Part shown: in pieces, positions 47,483 to 57,498 of the stretch | Numbering within the stretch: position 1 is the first letter of the stretch | Layout: each line of letters opens with the position of its first letter | Assembly: GCA_039208735.1 (NCBI GenBank) | Contig: JBCCQY010000026.1 | Span: forward strand, 11,766 to 75,765 | Source: Myxococcota bacterium | GTDB taxonomy: Bacteria; Myxococcota_A; UBA796; GCA-2862545 | Reading direction: 5' to 3' | Length of the DNA: 64,000 nt | Translations under genes and position numbers: made by a program | Notes under the pieces: model-generated | What the model was told of the DNA's origin: nothing | Databases searched by the model: none | What the model saw: the letters and a program-made list of their open reading frames with translations, nothing else

Positions 47483-49171
47483 ATGTCCCACCGCATCCTT
47501 GTTGCCGTTTTGTCGTTGTTGGCTGCCCTTCTGGTCCTCACGAGTTGGCCAAGCCTTGCCCAGGAGCCCAGTGGGCCCACATGCGCCAACCCACGAGAGG
47601 CCGCAGACTCCGTCTTTGACTGGCTTCGAACGAATCCAAAGAAGGCGGGTCGGTGCATCGATGCGCCGAAGGGCGTGCGTCCCGAACGGCTGGCCGCGCA
47701 GCTCAAGCAGGTGCTCGACGCGCGTGGCCTGCTCGTTCCAATTTCATCGTTGCCGACCGACCCCGACTACCAGAACGACGACGGTGAACACGTCGTCGCG
47801 ATTTTACCCGATGACTTGCCGGTGCTCACCGTCAGCCGGGTGCGCGGAAAGTGGAAGTACTCGAGAGATAGCGCCGAGGCGATTCCGGAACTCTACGCGA
47901 GCACCTTCTCCTCGCTGTCGCTGTGGTTCCAGAATTCGGGTCCCCCGGTCTTCCACACCCGGGTGCTGGGACTCTACGTCTGGCAGTACCTCTACGGGTT
48001 GCTCCTGTTGCTTGTGGCCGTGGTGGTGGGGGTCATTGGGCGGGCCTTGCTGCGCAACCAAGTGGCTCGTTTCGTGGCACGGCTCGGTCTTCCGCTCGAC
48101 GAAAAGACCTACCAGCGAACCAATGGTCCGGTCATCGGGGCGGTGACGACGGGATTGCTGTGGTGGGGGCTACCGGACCTGCAGTTGCCGCTCCAGCTTG
48201 CGCGAGTCCTCACTAAGCTGCTTGAAATTAGCTTTTGGGTCTCGGTGCTTGCCGTGGGGTACCAGTTCATCAATGTGGCCGCGACCATCGCCGCATCGTA
48301 CGCCAAACGGACCCAAAGCCGACTCGATGATCAGGCCATTCCACTGCTTCGGCAGAGTGCCCATGCGTTGCTGACCATCGTTGGCATCTTGATTCTCTCT
48401 GACACGCTCGGATTCGATGTCTGGAAACTGGCCGCGGGGGTAGGGGTCGGTAGCCTCGCATTTGCGCTCGCGGCTCAAGACACGGTGGCGAACATGTTCG
48501 GTTCGCTCAACATCTTTCTCGATCGGCCCTTTCAGATCGGTGAGTGGATCAAGATTGGTGACGTCGAAGGGGTCGTGGAGGAGGTCGGGTTTCGGTCGAC
48601 CCGGGTGCGCACCTTCTACAATTCATTGGTCACGATTCCCAACAGCCAGATCACCAACGCCAACGTCGATAACCTTGGTCTACGACCACGGCGCCGCATC
48701 AAGCATCAACTCGCGGTGACCTACGGCACGCCCCCCGACGTGCTCGAGGCCTACGCAACGGGGGTCCGAGCGATTTTGGCGGCTCACCCGTTCGTTCAGA
48801 AGACATTTGAAGTCCATGTCTACGATTTGGCTGATTCAGCCATTGAAATTCTCGTCTACTACCACGTGGTGACCCCCGGCTGGCACGAGGAGCTGCAGAC
48901 CCGATCGCAGAACCTCCTCGAGTTCATTCGACTGGCTGAGACGATGGGTGTTTCCTTTGCTTTTCCGAGTACGAGCCTCTATGTGGAGGCGACGCCCGAG
49001 CATCCGTTGCCCGAGGTGGCCACTCCGCCGCTCGACGAGTTGCAGGCTCTGGCCGACAGCTTCGGCCCCCAAGGTTCCCGGGCGCGACCGCAAGGGCCGG
49101 CTTTTGCCCAAGATTGGACCGCCCAGGCATTACCCGGCGAGGATCGCGGTTCGGCGAGCGACGAAGGGTGA
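47483..49171 (+). CDS. MscS family mechanosensitive channel with periplasmic N-terminal domain
   Basis: LAFALAAQDTVANMFGS, DRPFQIGEWI, VEEVGFRSTRVRT, IPNS, FAFPS. Confidence 0.93.
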   Translation: MSHRILVAVLSLLAALLVLTSWPSLAQEPSGPTCANPREAADSVFDWLRTNPKKAGRCIDAPKGVRPERLAAQLKQVLDARGLLVPISSLPTDPDYQNDDGEHVVAILPDDLPVLTVSRVRGKWKYSRDSAEAIPELYASTFSSLSLWFQNSGPPVFHTRVLGLYVWQYLYGLLLLLVAVVVGVIGRALLRNQVARFVARLGLPLDEKTYQRTNGPVIGAVTTGLLWWGLPDLQLPLQLARVLTKLLEISFWVSVLAVGYQFINVAATIAASYAKRTQSRLDDQAIPLLRQSAHALLTIVGILILSDTLGFDVWKLAAGVGVGSLAFALAAQDTVANMFGSLNIFLDRPFQIGEWIKIGDVEGVVEEVGFRSTRVRTFYNSLVTIPNSQITNANVDNLGLRPRRRIKHQLAVTYGTPPDVLEAYATGVRAILAAHPFVQKTFEVHVYDLADSAIEILVYYHVVTPGWHEELQTRSQNLLEFIRLAETMGVSFAFPSTSLYVEATPEHPLPEVATPPLDELQALADSFGPQGSRARPQGPAFAQDWTAQALPGEDRGSASDEG

Positions 49172-49193
49172 GCGATCCATCGAGGTGCGGGAA

Positions 49194-50567
49194 TTACCGA
49201 ACAAACCGAGCTACCAGCTCGAGGTGCCCCGTTTGAGGAAAGAGATCGACCGGCCACAGGTCGGTGGCTTTCCAGCCCCCTTCCCGAAGGATCTCGGCAT
49301 CGCGACCGAGTGAGCCCGGGTGACAGGCCACGTAGACGAGCACCGGGGCTTGAGTTTGAGCCAGCGCGCGAGCAACCTTCGGATGGAGCCCCGCTCGCGG
49401 GGGATCCACCACGATGCGGACGTCTTCGCCGCCCACGATTTGTTCGAGGGCATGTTCGACCCGTGCGGCGGTGAACGTGGCTTCGATGCCATTGGCAATG
49501 GCGTTCCGTTTTGCGTCTTCGACGGCCGCCGCGACTTCCTCCACCCCGACCACGCGGCCGAGTTGGGACGCGAGGTACAAGCCGATCGAGCCTGCGCCGC
49601 AGTACAGGTCGAGCAAGGTGGCGCCGGGACTGCTTCCAATGGCCTCGCCAATCGTGTCGTAGAGCACGACGCATCCCGCGGTGTTCGTCTGCAGAAAGGA
49701 CGTAGGGCTGACCTGGACCGCCAAGGGCCCCAGTTTTGCGATGAGGTGTGGACGTCCCCAGGTTCGGGCCACTTCGCCGCGTGCGACATCCGCCACGCCA
49801 TCGTTGACATGCCACTGCACCCCTACCGCGTGGTCTTGCAGTGCTTCGGCGAGCTCGACCACGGGTGCGGGGTCTCCGCTCGTGGTGAAAATCACGGCGA
49901 GGATGCCGTCGTCGGCTTCGCGGAGCCGGAGGTGTCGCCAGAATCCTTCGTGCGTGTATGGATGGTAGGGCGGAGGCGCCGTGGGACGTAGCGTATAGGT
50001 TCGGACGATGTCGATGACTCGGTTCATGGCGTCCGAGACGAGGGCACAGGTTGGTGCATCCACCACGCGATCGAAGCGTCCCGGTGCATGAAACCCAAGA
50101 AAGCGGCCCTCGATGGGCACGGTGTCCTTTTCGGCTTCCCGGACCCACTGTCGGACGCCGAACGACAACTCCACTTTGTTTCGGTAGCCATAGGCGGCTT
50201 CGGTTCCCCGGACCGGATGGACGGTCGGCCCGTCTTCCAGCACCGAGGGCACCTGGCTCAACCCCCAATCCACCTTTGCCCTGCGTTGGGCCTCGAGGGT
50301 CATCTCCTGAAGGACGCAACCCCCACAGCGCAAGAACTGTGGGCAAGCGGGGGTCGCGGCATCGGGAGGTGGGCGGATGAGGGCGGTGCGTCGTGCCAAC
50401 AGCTGCCCCTTCTTTCGACCCTGGGGCACGACGGCAACGCGCCCACCGACCGGCGCGAACCGCACCACGACCGGTGGGCCAAAGGGGGACTGACCCAGCC
50501 CATGGCCTTTCTTGGTCAATCGATCGATTTCGCATTCGAACGGCGGCAGCCGCTTGCGGCGTCCCAT
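49194..50567 (-). CDS. rlmD: 23S rRNA m5U methyltransferase (RlmD/TrmA family)
   Basis: TRAM-like N-terminus, CPQFLRCGGC Fe-S motif, SFLQTN, DLYCGAG, DPPRAG, YVAC, DLFPQTGHLE. Confidence 0.88.
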   Translation of the reverse strand: MGRRKRLPPFECEIDRLTKKGHGLGQSPFGPPVVVRFAPVGGRVAVVPQGRKKGQLLARRTALIRPPPDAATPACPQFLRCGGCVLQEMTLEAQRRAKVDWGLSQVPSVLEDGPTVHPVRGTEAAYGYRNKVELSFGVRQWVREAEKDTVPIEGRFLGFHAPGRFDRVVDAPTCALVSDAMNRVIDIVRTYTLRPTAPPPYHPYTHEGFWRHLRLREADDGILAVIFTTSGDPAPVVELAEALQDHAVGVQWHVNDGVADVARGEVARTWGRPHLIAKLGPLAVQVSPTSFLQTNTAGCVVLYDTIGEAIGSSPGATLLDLYCGAGSIGLYLASQLGRVVGVEEVAAAVEDAKRNAIANGIEATFTAARVEHALEQIVGGEDVRIVVDPPRAGLHPKVARALAQTQAPVLVYVACHPGSLGRDAEILREGGWKATDLWPVDLFPQTGHLELVARFVR

Positions 50568-50648
50568 GGGCGGTCGCGTAACGTGGCCGAGTGTTACGGC
50601 GCTGCCGTAGGTCATCGCGCGGAGGCGCGGGCGAAGGCAGGAGTCATC

Positions 50649-50849
50649 GTGTCGCCGATTGGACGTTCCCTCATCGGAGTGCTCACCACCATCGTCTTCT
50701 TGGTCGTGGGCGTTTCCATTGTCGAAGACGCCCCGTCCATTGGTTGGTTGGTCATCGCGCTTGGCGTGTTGCGCGGCGGGGCTGCCGTGTGGCAGCTGCG
50801 GGAAGGGCTCCGCACCCCCTGGACGCACGGCGACGACAGCGAGGACTGA
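50649..50849 (+). CDS. Small 2-TM membrane protein
   Basis: AGGAG RBS + GTG, two hydrophobic helices, fills gap between convergent/divergent genes. Confidence 0.55.
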   Translation: MSPIGRSLIGVLTTIVFLVVGVSIVEDAPSIGWLVIALGVLRGGAAVWQLREGLRTPWTHGDDSED

Positions 50850-50852
50850 CCG

Positions 50853-51797
50853 CTAGCCGGGGTTTGCGGGAAAGGTGAGGATGAACGTGGTGCCCTCGCC
50901 GACCTCGGTACGGACGTCGACCCGACCTTCGTGTTGCTCCATGACCGCGCGAACCAGTGGCAGGCCTTGCCCCGTGCCTTTGCCTCGGGCTTTGGTGGTG
51001 AAGAAGGGGTCGAAGATGCGGTGTCGAATCGTCTGGGGAATGCCGCATCCGTCGTCGCAGACCTCGATTCGAACTTCGTCTTGGTAGTGCACCGAGCGAA
51101 TCCGGATCGCACCTTTCCCCTGACGGTTCGGATCGTTTGCCACGGCGTGGGCCGCATTCACGATCAGGTTGGTGAGAACTTGCTTGATGTCACCCTCGAT
51201 GCCTTGAATCGGCGGCACCGAGCCCAGTTCGCACGTCAACTGCGCCACGTACTTCCACTCGTTTCGCGTCAGGTCCACGGTGCGCTCAATGGCTCGGTTG
51301 AGGTCAACCGCACGGCGGGTCTCGTCTCCCGGGTGCGAAAAGTCATTCATGGCCAATACGATCCGTGAGACCTGACGCATGCCCTCGATGCTTTGGTCGA
51401 GCGCGTCGGGAATGTCGGCTAGCATGAAGTCGAGGTCGAGTCTTTGTTCGAACTCGCGCAAGTCTTGGGTGTCGATGGACGACGGAAGCGTTTCGAGGAA
51501 CGCCCGGTGTGCTTCGACCATGCGTAGGATGGGATCCAGACTCTTCTGTACGAAGATGACGTTGGCCAGCACGTACTGAGCGGGCGAGTTGATCTCGTGG
51601 GCCACTCCTGCGGCCAGCTTGCCAAGCGCCTCCAGCTTCTGGGCTTGGCGAAGCTGCGATTCCAGGCTTCGCAGTTGCTGTGTGGCGAGGGTCATTTCCC
51701 GTTCCTTGGCCGCGAACTTCTGTTCGAGCCGCTGAACTTGCGCCTGTGCCTGCGACAGTTGGCGCTCAAGCCCCTCGCCATTTACGCAGCTTCCCAC
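50853..51797 (-). CDS. Cytoplasmic NtrB-type histidine kinase with no recognisable sensor domain
   Basis: LAAGVAHEINSP, NLIVNAAHA, DDGCGI, FDPFFTTK, GTGQGL; start uncertain. Confidence 0.92.
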   Translation of the reverse strand: MGSCVNGEGLERQLSQAQAQVQRLEQKFAAKEREMTLATQQLRSLESQLRQAQKLEALGKLAAGVAHEINSPAQYVLANVIFVQKSLDPILRMVEAHRAFLETLPSSIDTQDLREFEQRLDLDFMLADIPDALDQSIEGMRQVSRIVLAMNDFSHPGDETRRAVDLNRAIERTVDLTRNEWKYVAQLTCELGSVPPIQGIEGDIKQVLTNLIVNAAHAVANDPNRQGKGAIRIRSVHYQDEVRIEVCDDGCGIPQTIRHRIFDPFFTTKARGKGTGQGLPLVRAVMEQHEGRVDVRTEVGEGTTFILTFPANPG

Positions 51798-51885
51798 AGA
51801 TCCTCCGAAGCGCCCATCCGACCGGCGTGTCTCCTCCACATCGGCGCGCAATGGCCGGGGGTTAAAACTCGAAAGGATGGCGAAG

Positions 51886-53538
51886 TTAGTCGACTATGAT
51901 GATGCGACGGAGCCGGTTGAGCACGGCGACGACCTCGTGTCGACGGACGGCCACGAGGTCGCCAGGGGGAGCTTCGAAGGGGGAAAGGGCTTCGATGCCT
52001 TCGTCGCGAAGGATGGCATCGAGGGCGTCGAGGAGTTGGGGGATCGTCCGACGCCCATCGGCGAGTTTTGACGCCACAAAGCGGACTGCGTGGCCCAGTG
52101 TAGCCGCGTGTCGGGCCGAACGAATGGGTTCGATGCCGTGCAGTTCGATGTCGGTCTTGTCGTATTGGATGGCTCGGGTATCGCGGCTCCGAATCTTTCG
52201 TGGCGCCGCGTCGCGAGCGAGGATGCGAGGCGAAGGGTCTTGCCAAGGATTGGGCGGCGTCGGAGCCGGTCCGGCCAGCTTTCGGGCGGCTTGAGTCGCA
52301 TCCCACGGCCGAAACGCCGTCATGCCCACGACGGTGTCGGCCACGGCGAGCCAGTCCCCGACTCCTCCCACCACCATGATCACCGAGGTGCCTGCCTCGG
52401 CGAGTTGTCGAGCCCGTGCCACGAGCGGCACGATCGGTTCATGGCGGTCGTCGATGAGCGCCCGCATGCGTTCGTCTCGCACGAGCAGGTTGGTCGCAGA
52501 CGTGTCTTCATCGATGAGGACCACCCGCGCTCCTGCCTCTCGAGCTTCCACCAGGGCGGCCGCCTGGCTGGTGGAGCCTGACGCATCTTCGGTCGACAAC
52601 GGCGCGGTAGACCGGCCTCCCGGCAGAGCGCGAAGGAACGCAGAAACATTGACCCTCGCGATTCGTCGACCATCTTCGGCTCGAATCTTCACCGCATCGG
52701 GGAGCGACACCACGCCCTCGCGACCATCGCCGGGAATGTGGTCGAGATGGCCGCGCGCAATGGCCTGAAGCACGGTCGACTTTCCGTGAAACCCTCCGCC
52801 GACGATCAACGTGACTCCCTCGGGAATGCCCAACCCGGTCGTGGGTCCGGTGGTCGACGGCAACGTGACGCGGAGGGATTCGGGTGCTTCGAACCGAACG
52901 GCGTCGGCCAAAGGGGCTTGGCTCACGCCATTCGTCCGGGGCAGAACGCTGCCATCCTCCAAGAATGCAACGAGTCCGTGCGCGGGGAGCGCATCGCGCA
53001 GGCTGCGCTGTCGAACTACCGAAGTGATGTGGCGTTGCAACTCCGGATCTTCCGGCGAAGCGGGGAGCGCATGCAGGGCGGCTTGGAGGTCGTCGAACAG
53101 CGTCCGGGCCTCTCGGGCGTCGATTCGACGGCCCCGCGCGGGCAATCCGATCGCCAGTCGCACGGTCGCCACGCCCTCGTGGTCGAGGCGAAGGGCACTG
53201 CGGTCCACGACCCAGGGCCCAGGTTGCAACACGTCGATCATCCCCGAACGGCCGCTTCCTCGCGCGACCCGCCGCGGGGCTTCGAGTGCGCGAACCAGCT
53301 TGCGCAACAACCAGTCTTCGGTGGCGAGATGCGTGCCGTCGGGACCCTCGGGAAGCACCCCGACGGTCAACCGAGCCGTCACGCGAGAGGGCGCGGCGAA
53401 TGGGTCACCCTGCACCCAATCAACGGTCAGCTCGACGTCATCGAGGTCCCACGTCCCCCGCACGTCGCGGTAGGCGGGGTAGGAACGACCGTCAATTCGA
53501 GCGAGCGTATGGTTCAGCGCATCGCGGTCGCGCGCGAC
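51886..53538 (-). CDS. ABC-class ATPase domain protein (ABC_ATPase/MRB1590-like); start inferred at non-canonical GTC
   Basis: IDGRSYPAYRD, VQGDPFAAPS, GGGFHGKST, IRAEDGR, DASGSTSQAA, IDEDTSATN. Confidence 0.88.
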   Translation of the reverse strand, partial: VARDRDALNHTLARIDGRSYPAYRDVRGTWDLDDVELTVDWVQGDPFAAPSRVTARLTVGVLPEGPDGTHLATEDWLLRKLVRALEAPRRVARGSGRSGMIDVLQPGPWVVDRSALRLDHEGVATVRLAIGLPARGRRIDAREARTLFDDLQAALHALPASPEDPELQRHITSVVRQRSLRDALPAHGLVAFLEDGSVLPRTNGVSQAPLADAVRFEAPESLRVTLPSTTGPTTGLGIPEGVTLIVGGGFHGKSTVLQAIARGHLDHIPGDGREGVVSLPDAVKIRAEDGRRIARVNVSAFLRALPGGRSTAPLSTEDASGSTSQAAALVEAREAGARVVLIDEDTSATNLLVRDERMRALIDDRHEPIVPLVARARQLAEAGTSVIMVVGGVGDWLAVADTVVGMTAFRPWDATQAARKLAGPAPTPPNPWQDPSPRILARDAAPRKIRSRDTRAIQYDKTDIELHGIEPIRSARHAATLGHAVRFVASKLADGRRTIPQLLDALDAILRDEGIEALSPFEAPPGDLVAVRRHEVVAVLNRLRRIIIVD

Positions 53539-53540
53539 AG

Positions 53541-54779
53541 CTACTCCTTTCGCTCGGTGTTGATGACCATGGCTTCGTCGCCGGTCGCCGTAAGGTAAAC
53601 CTGGACGCGGCGATTTCGCTGACGGCCCTCTTGCGTGTCGTTGGACATCAATGGCTGGTCGGCGCCTCGTCCCGCGACTTCGAAGGTCAGCCCCGGTACG
53701 GACTTGGCTAGCAAACTCTGAACCGCCTCGGCCCGCTGCATCGACAAGGCTTCGGCGTTGTCTTCTCGGTCGTCCGCGAAGCCCTCGAGCACGACGTGGT
53801 CGAGATCACGCTCCCGAATCTCGTCGATGAGGAGCTTGAGACGAGCCTGCGTTCGCGCATTCGGTCGGGCCTCACCCGGGTCGAAATGCACCAGCTCACG
53901 CAACGGCTGCGGACGGTCGAAGGCTGCGGGACGAAGGAACAGGGGAAGGTAGTCGTGCTCGTCGACCACCTCCTGCCCTGCGGGAGACTTCACCCAGTCG
54001 AGAAAGCTTCGAGCGTAGCCCGCGGCGGCCCCTGCGCTGAAGAAGATCACGTCGCGACGCAGAGGGTAGGCGCCAGCCACAAGGTTCGCCTTGGTTGGCA
54101 TGACCGCGGGGCCCAGTGGGTCGGGTCGCAAGCCCATCGCGCGGCCTTGCGACACCGAGGCCGAAACCACCGCAATCGCGTTGGGGTCTTCGGCGAGCTT
54201 TTCGTGAATGCGCTCCACCGGAGTGTCGGCCACCGAGGCGTGTAGGCCCTTTGAGCCACAGAAGAAGTCCGCAAACCGGTCGCGGATGCCGGAAGGGGAG
54301 GGAGGAGCGAAGACATGCATTGGTGCCCGCTCTGGACCTTCGACGAACACCCAGTCGTTGACCGTTCCCTGGCAGAAGATGCCGATGATCTCGTCGTAAG
54401 AGAGGGAAGTCACTTGGTTGTCGGCGTGGGCCCTTACCTCGATCACATCGACGGCCACCACATGGCGCACGCCGGGATCCGTAAACGACCACCCTGCAGC
54501 TTGGGCTTGTTCGTGTTCGTGTCCATCCACCTCGCGCTCGGCCGCCACGAGGTCGACCTCACCATCGAGGAGTTGTCGGAGGGCTTGGGGGGTGCTCGAC
54601 GACGTTGTTTCAAAGGTCAGCGAGCCCCGCGTGCGGCCGTGCGTGTCGGTCAGAGCCGGCACGAGGTCCGCCATCAACGAGGGGGCGCCTGCGATCTTCA
54701 GTGCCTGGCTCGGCGGCAACGGCTCGGGCGGAGCCGACGGCGTGCCACAACCGGCGAGCCAGGTCCACAGGGCGACCAT
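53541..54779 (-). CDS. PstS-like substrate-binding domain / OmpA-domain fusion lipoprotein
   Basis: Lipobox LAGC, SGIRDRF, GAYPLRR, LSMQRAEAV...GRQRNRRV. Confidence 0.85.
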   Translation of the reverse strand: MVALWTWLAGCGTPSAPPEPLPPSQALKIAGAPSLMADLVPALTDTHGRTRGSLTFETTSSSTPQALRQLLDGEVDLVAAEREVDGHEHEQAQAAGWSFTDPGVRHVVAVDVIEVRAHADNQVTSLSYDEIIGIFCQGTVNDWVFVEGPERAPMHVFAPPSPSGIRDRFADFFCGSKGLHASVADTPVERIHEKLAEDPNAIAVVSASVSQGRAMGLRPDPLGPAVMPTKANLVAGAYPLRRDVIFFSAGAAAGYARSFLDWVKSPAGQEVVDEHDYLPLFLRPAAFDRPQPLRELVHFDPGEARPNARTQARLKLLIDEIRERDLDHVVLEGFADDREDNAEALSMQRAEAVQSLLAKSVPGLTFEVAGRGADQPLMSNDTQEGRQRNRRVQVYLTATGDEAMVINTERKE

Positions 54780-54938
54780 GGGTGTTCCTCCGTGAGACTG
54801 TCACGATACCGGATGTGTCGCCCGAGTGACGCGCTTGACAGCGAGGCATCGTGATAGTGCTGGAAGAGCGGCCATATTGGGTCGGCACACGCATGTCATG
54901 CGCGTAGCGGCGGTCGGCCACCGCCGCGCGCGAATTTG

Positions 54939-55415
54939 CTATTCGTGAATCTGCTCGGCCAGGTACTGGGGAATGCCCACTTCATTCATCATGTGGAGTT
55001 GGGCTTCGATCCAGTCGAGGTGCTCTTCTTCGCTGACCAGGATCTCTTCGAGCAGGTGCCGGGTGCCGTGGTCGACGTGTTCCCGAACGAACGCGAGCGT
55101 CTCGTTAAGACGAGGGATCGCCTCGAGTTCCAACTTCAGGTCGGACTCGAAAATCTCCTTGGGGTTCTCGCCAATGCGAACCCGCCCGAGGCGTTGCACA
55201 TTGGGCAGGCCGTCCAGGTAGAGGATGCGGTCGATCAGTCGGTCCGCATGGCGCATCTCGTCGATCGACTCTTCATAGATTTTCTTGTACAACCGCAAAT
55301 AGCCCCAGTTCTGCATCATCTTGGCATGCAGGAAGTACTGGTTGACCGCGGTGAGTTCGGCCGTGAGAATCTCGTTGAGTGCCTCGACGACCTCTTTACC
55401 AGCCTTGACCGCCAT
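54939..55415 (-). CDS. bfr: Bacterioferritin
   Basis: ELTAVNQYFLHAKM, ESIDEMRHAD, EEEHLDW ferroxidase and heme-Met motifs. Confidence 0.96.
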   Translation of the reverse strand: MAVKAGKEVVEALNEILTAELTAVNQYFLHAKMMQNWGYLRLYKKIYEESIDEMRHADRLIDRILYLDGLPNVQRLGRVRIGENPKEIFESDLKLELEAIPRLNETLAFVREHVDHGTRHLLEEILVSEEEHLDWIEAQLHMMNEVGIPQYLAEQIHE

Positions 55416-55443
55416 TATTGCTCCAATCGTGTCGTTCCGTGGA

Positions 55444-55815
55444 CTATCCCACAAGCTCCACCGCGACGGCCGTATCACAATGTGGACACGTGATTGTCGG
55501 TGTCTGCTGCCAGATCGGACCGGGGCCTTGATGCCGCAATGGGTTGTCACATTGGGGGCAGGCCCCGTCGATTTCGGTCACCCAATGGCGCATCGCGCCT
55601 GCGCCAAAGCCTATCGCCAGCCCAATGAGGGGGGCGGCCCAGGTGGCAACCAGATGCAGGCCCGGCATCAAGATCGAAAGGCCACCGACCCCCACCCCGC
55701 CAAATGCCCAGGCCGTGGCTCGAAGGAGCCGGTCGCGGGTGGCGTAGGTGGTGACGGACGCCCGAGCCATACGCGTCACGCCATTCGGGCCGCGAAGTTG
55801 AATCTCGGTGATCAA
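55444..55815 (-). CDS. Small membrane protein with C-terminal zinc ribbon
   Basis: Two TMs, CPQC...CPHC. Confidence 0.65.
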   Translation of the reverse strand: MITEIQLRGPNGVTRMARASVTTYATRDRLLRATAWAFGGVGVGGLSILMPGLHLVATWAAPLIGLAIGFGAGAMRHWVTEIDGACPQCDNPLRHQGPGPIWQQTPTITCPHCDTAVAVELVG

Positions 55816-57425
55816 AGCTGGTCTCCGACGTCGACCGTCCAGTGCTGGGAGGTCTGGCCATCGTGGAAGTACAACACCACGGTGGGTGCGGGGTCGGGAA
55901 GATGGACCCGTGCCTTCGTGCTCGTCGCCTTGCCAAGGTTGTTCTCGGGCATGTCATCGACGCGACGCGATCCGTTGATGGTGAGGTCGAGGGCTTTCCC
56001 CTGCCAATTCGCCGTCCACAGCGGATCGAGTTCTTCGACCTCACCGTAGGCCATGACTGCAATGCTGACGCGCCGATCCGCAACTTTGGCCACCCAGGTT
56101 GCGGGAACGCGCGCCCCCATGGGCACTTCCTTGCCGTTGCCCGAACGCACTCGCACGCCCCAGGCGCGAGGGGCTCGCCACCGAGGAATCGCTAACACCA
56201 GTCGCCCGCCCTCGGGCAACGCTTCGGCCAACTCCAGGATTTCGTCCATCATGGAAGAGGTTCGCTGTTGACGAATCCGCTCTCGTGTTGCGTGGGTCGT
56301 CCAGTCTGGAACCCCGAAACCAAGTGCGGTCAGGGTCGCGGAGGCAACGCCCACTCCGAGGGCAGGAACCTGGGGGCCGATCAACGTACCCACCAGCATG
56401 CCCAACGCGGGGACCAACACGTAGACCTGCCGTACGAACCACACCCCTTGGGGCGCAAAGAGCAATAGCGTACCTGCGATCCAGGCCAGCGCGACGCATG
56501 CGGCGGGGTCCCGAAACCGGTCTCGCGCCGCGGCCGAGGCCGCAAAGAGTAGGACGAGGAGCCCGAATCCAAATGCGAGGGCGGACGAAGGTTCTCCGTC
56601 GAGTCGCACCCCCGCCAAGGGGAACAGGCCTTCGATCGAAGAGCGCACGTTGGCGTAAGGATTTCCGGCTCCGCCCGCGTAGCCTCCGAGGCCACCCATG
56701 ACCGAAGCCCGCCAGATGAGGAGGCCCGTACCCAGCACCACACTGGCGCCAAGGAACCACAACTGGTTCATCACCCCGCTGCGCAGCGTGCGGTCATCGG
56801 AACGGCCTGTGCCGTCGGAGGGAACGGCCACCAGCGCACAAATCGCAAAGGCGAGGTAGCCCACCTCGTGGGAGAGGGCTGAAGCGGAACACAGGACCGC
56901 AGCGAGGATGCCCTTCACGGCGCGTTGGCGAACGGAGTCGGTGCGCCGAGGTGCCATGAGCAGCGCGAGCAGAGCGAACACGACGGTCATCGAGTAGCTT
57001 CGCCGCGAAAGGTAGGGAACGATGAAGCGCGCGAGCGGATGCAGCGCGACAACCAGTGCCGCGAGCACGGCCCCTACGGCGGAGGCCCGGGTCGACCACC
57101 GGCGGACCACCGCAAACGTCAGGCCGATCGCAAGCCCGTGCAGGGCAAGATCGATGCCGCGGTGGGCCCATGGCATGACGCCGGCCACCATGCGTGTCGC
57201 GGTGAAGGACAGCGCCATGAGGGGGCGCAGGGTCACATGGAACTGCCGGGAGGCAAACGTCCACGTGAACCAGGAGGGCCGCGTGGGGTCGGCGCGTTCG
57301 ATCCAGAGCACGGCGTCGCGCGTCTGCGGCCAGATGTCGAACAGATAGAGGAAGGGCAGCACGCCGATCAACACGACGAGACTGAGCGCTCCGTAGGTCG
57401 CCAAACGCCTTGTTCTCTCGCTCAT
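55812..57425 (-). CDS. Polytopic membrane protein, GT-C/TMTC-like glycosyltransferase fold
   Basis: LRPL...SF, LALHGL, VALHP, LSHE motifs; many TMs. Confidence 0.6.
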   Translation of the reverse strand: MSERTRRLATYGALSLVVLIGVLPFLYLFDIWPQTRDAVLWIERADPTRPSWFTWTFASRQFHVTLRPLMALSFTATRMVAGVMPWAHRGIDLALHGLAIGLTFAVVRRWSTRASAVGAVLAALVVALHPLARFIVPYLSRRSYSMTVVFALLALLMAPRRTDSVRQRAVKGILAAVLCSASALSHEVGYLAFAICALVAVPSDGTGRSDDRTLRSGVMNQLWFLGASVVLGTGLLIWRASVMGGLGGYAGGAGNPYANVRSSIEGLFPLAGVRLDGEPSSALAFGFGLLVLLFAASAAARDRFRDPAACVALAWIAGTLLLFAPQGVWFVRQVYVLVPALGMLVGTLIGPQVPALGVGVASATLTALGFGVPDWTTHATRERIRQQRTSSMMDEILELAEALPEGGRLVLAIPRWRAPRAWGVRVRSGNGKEVPMGARVPATWVAKVADRRVSIAVMAYGEVEELDPLWTANWQGKALDLTINGSRRVDDMPENNLGKATSTKARVHLPDPAPTVVLYFHDGQTSQHWTVDVGDQL

Positions 57426-57498
57426 CGCTGCGCCCTCAACGGATCCGGTCGCAGCATACCGCCCTGGTCGGGGCGTCGCGAGCATGTGAGGGGTCGCG

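Noticed and set aside
54797..54858. Imperfect inverted repeat with an internal TTGACA between bfr and the PstS-OmpA gene
   Set aside because: No properly spaced -10 and no downstream plus-strand gene; no U-tract or known riboswitch motif; too weak to call.
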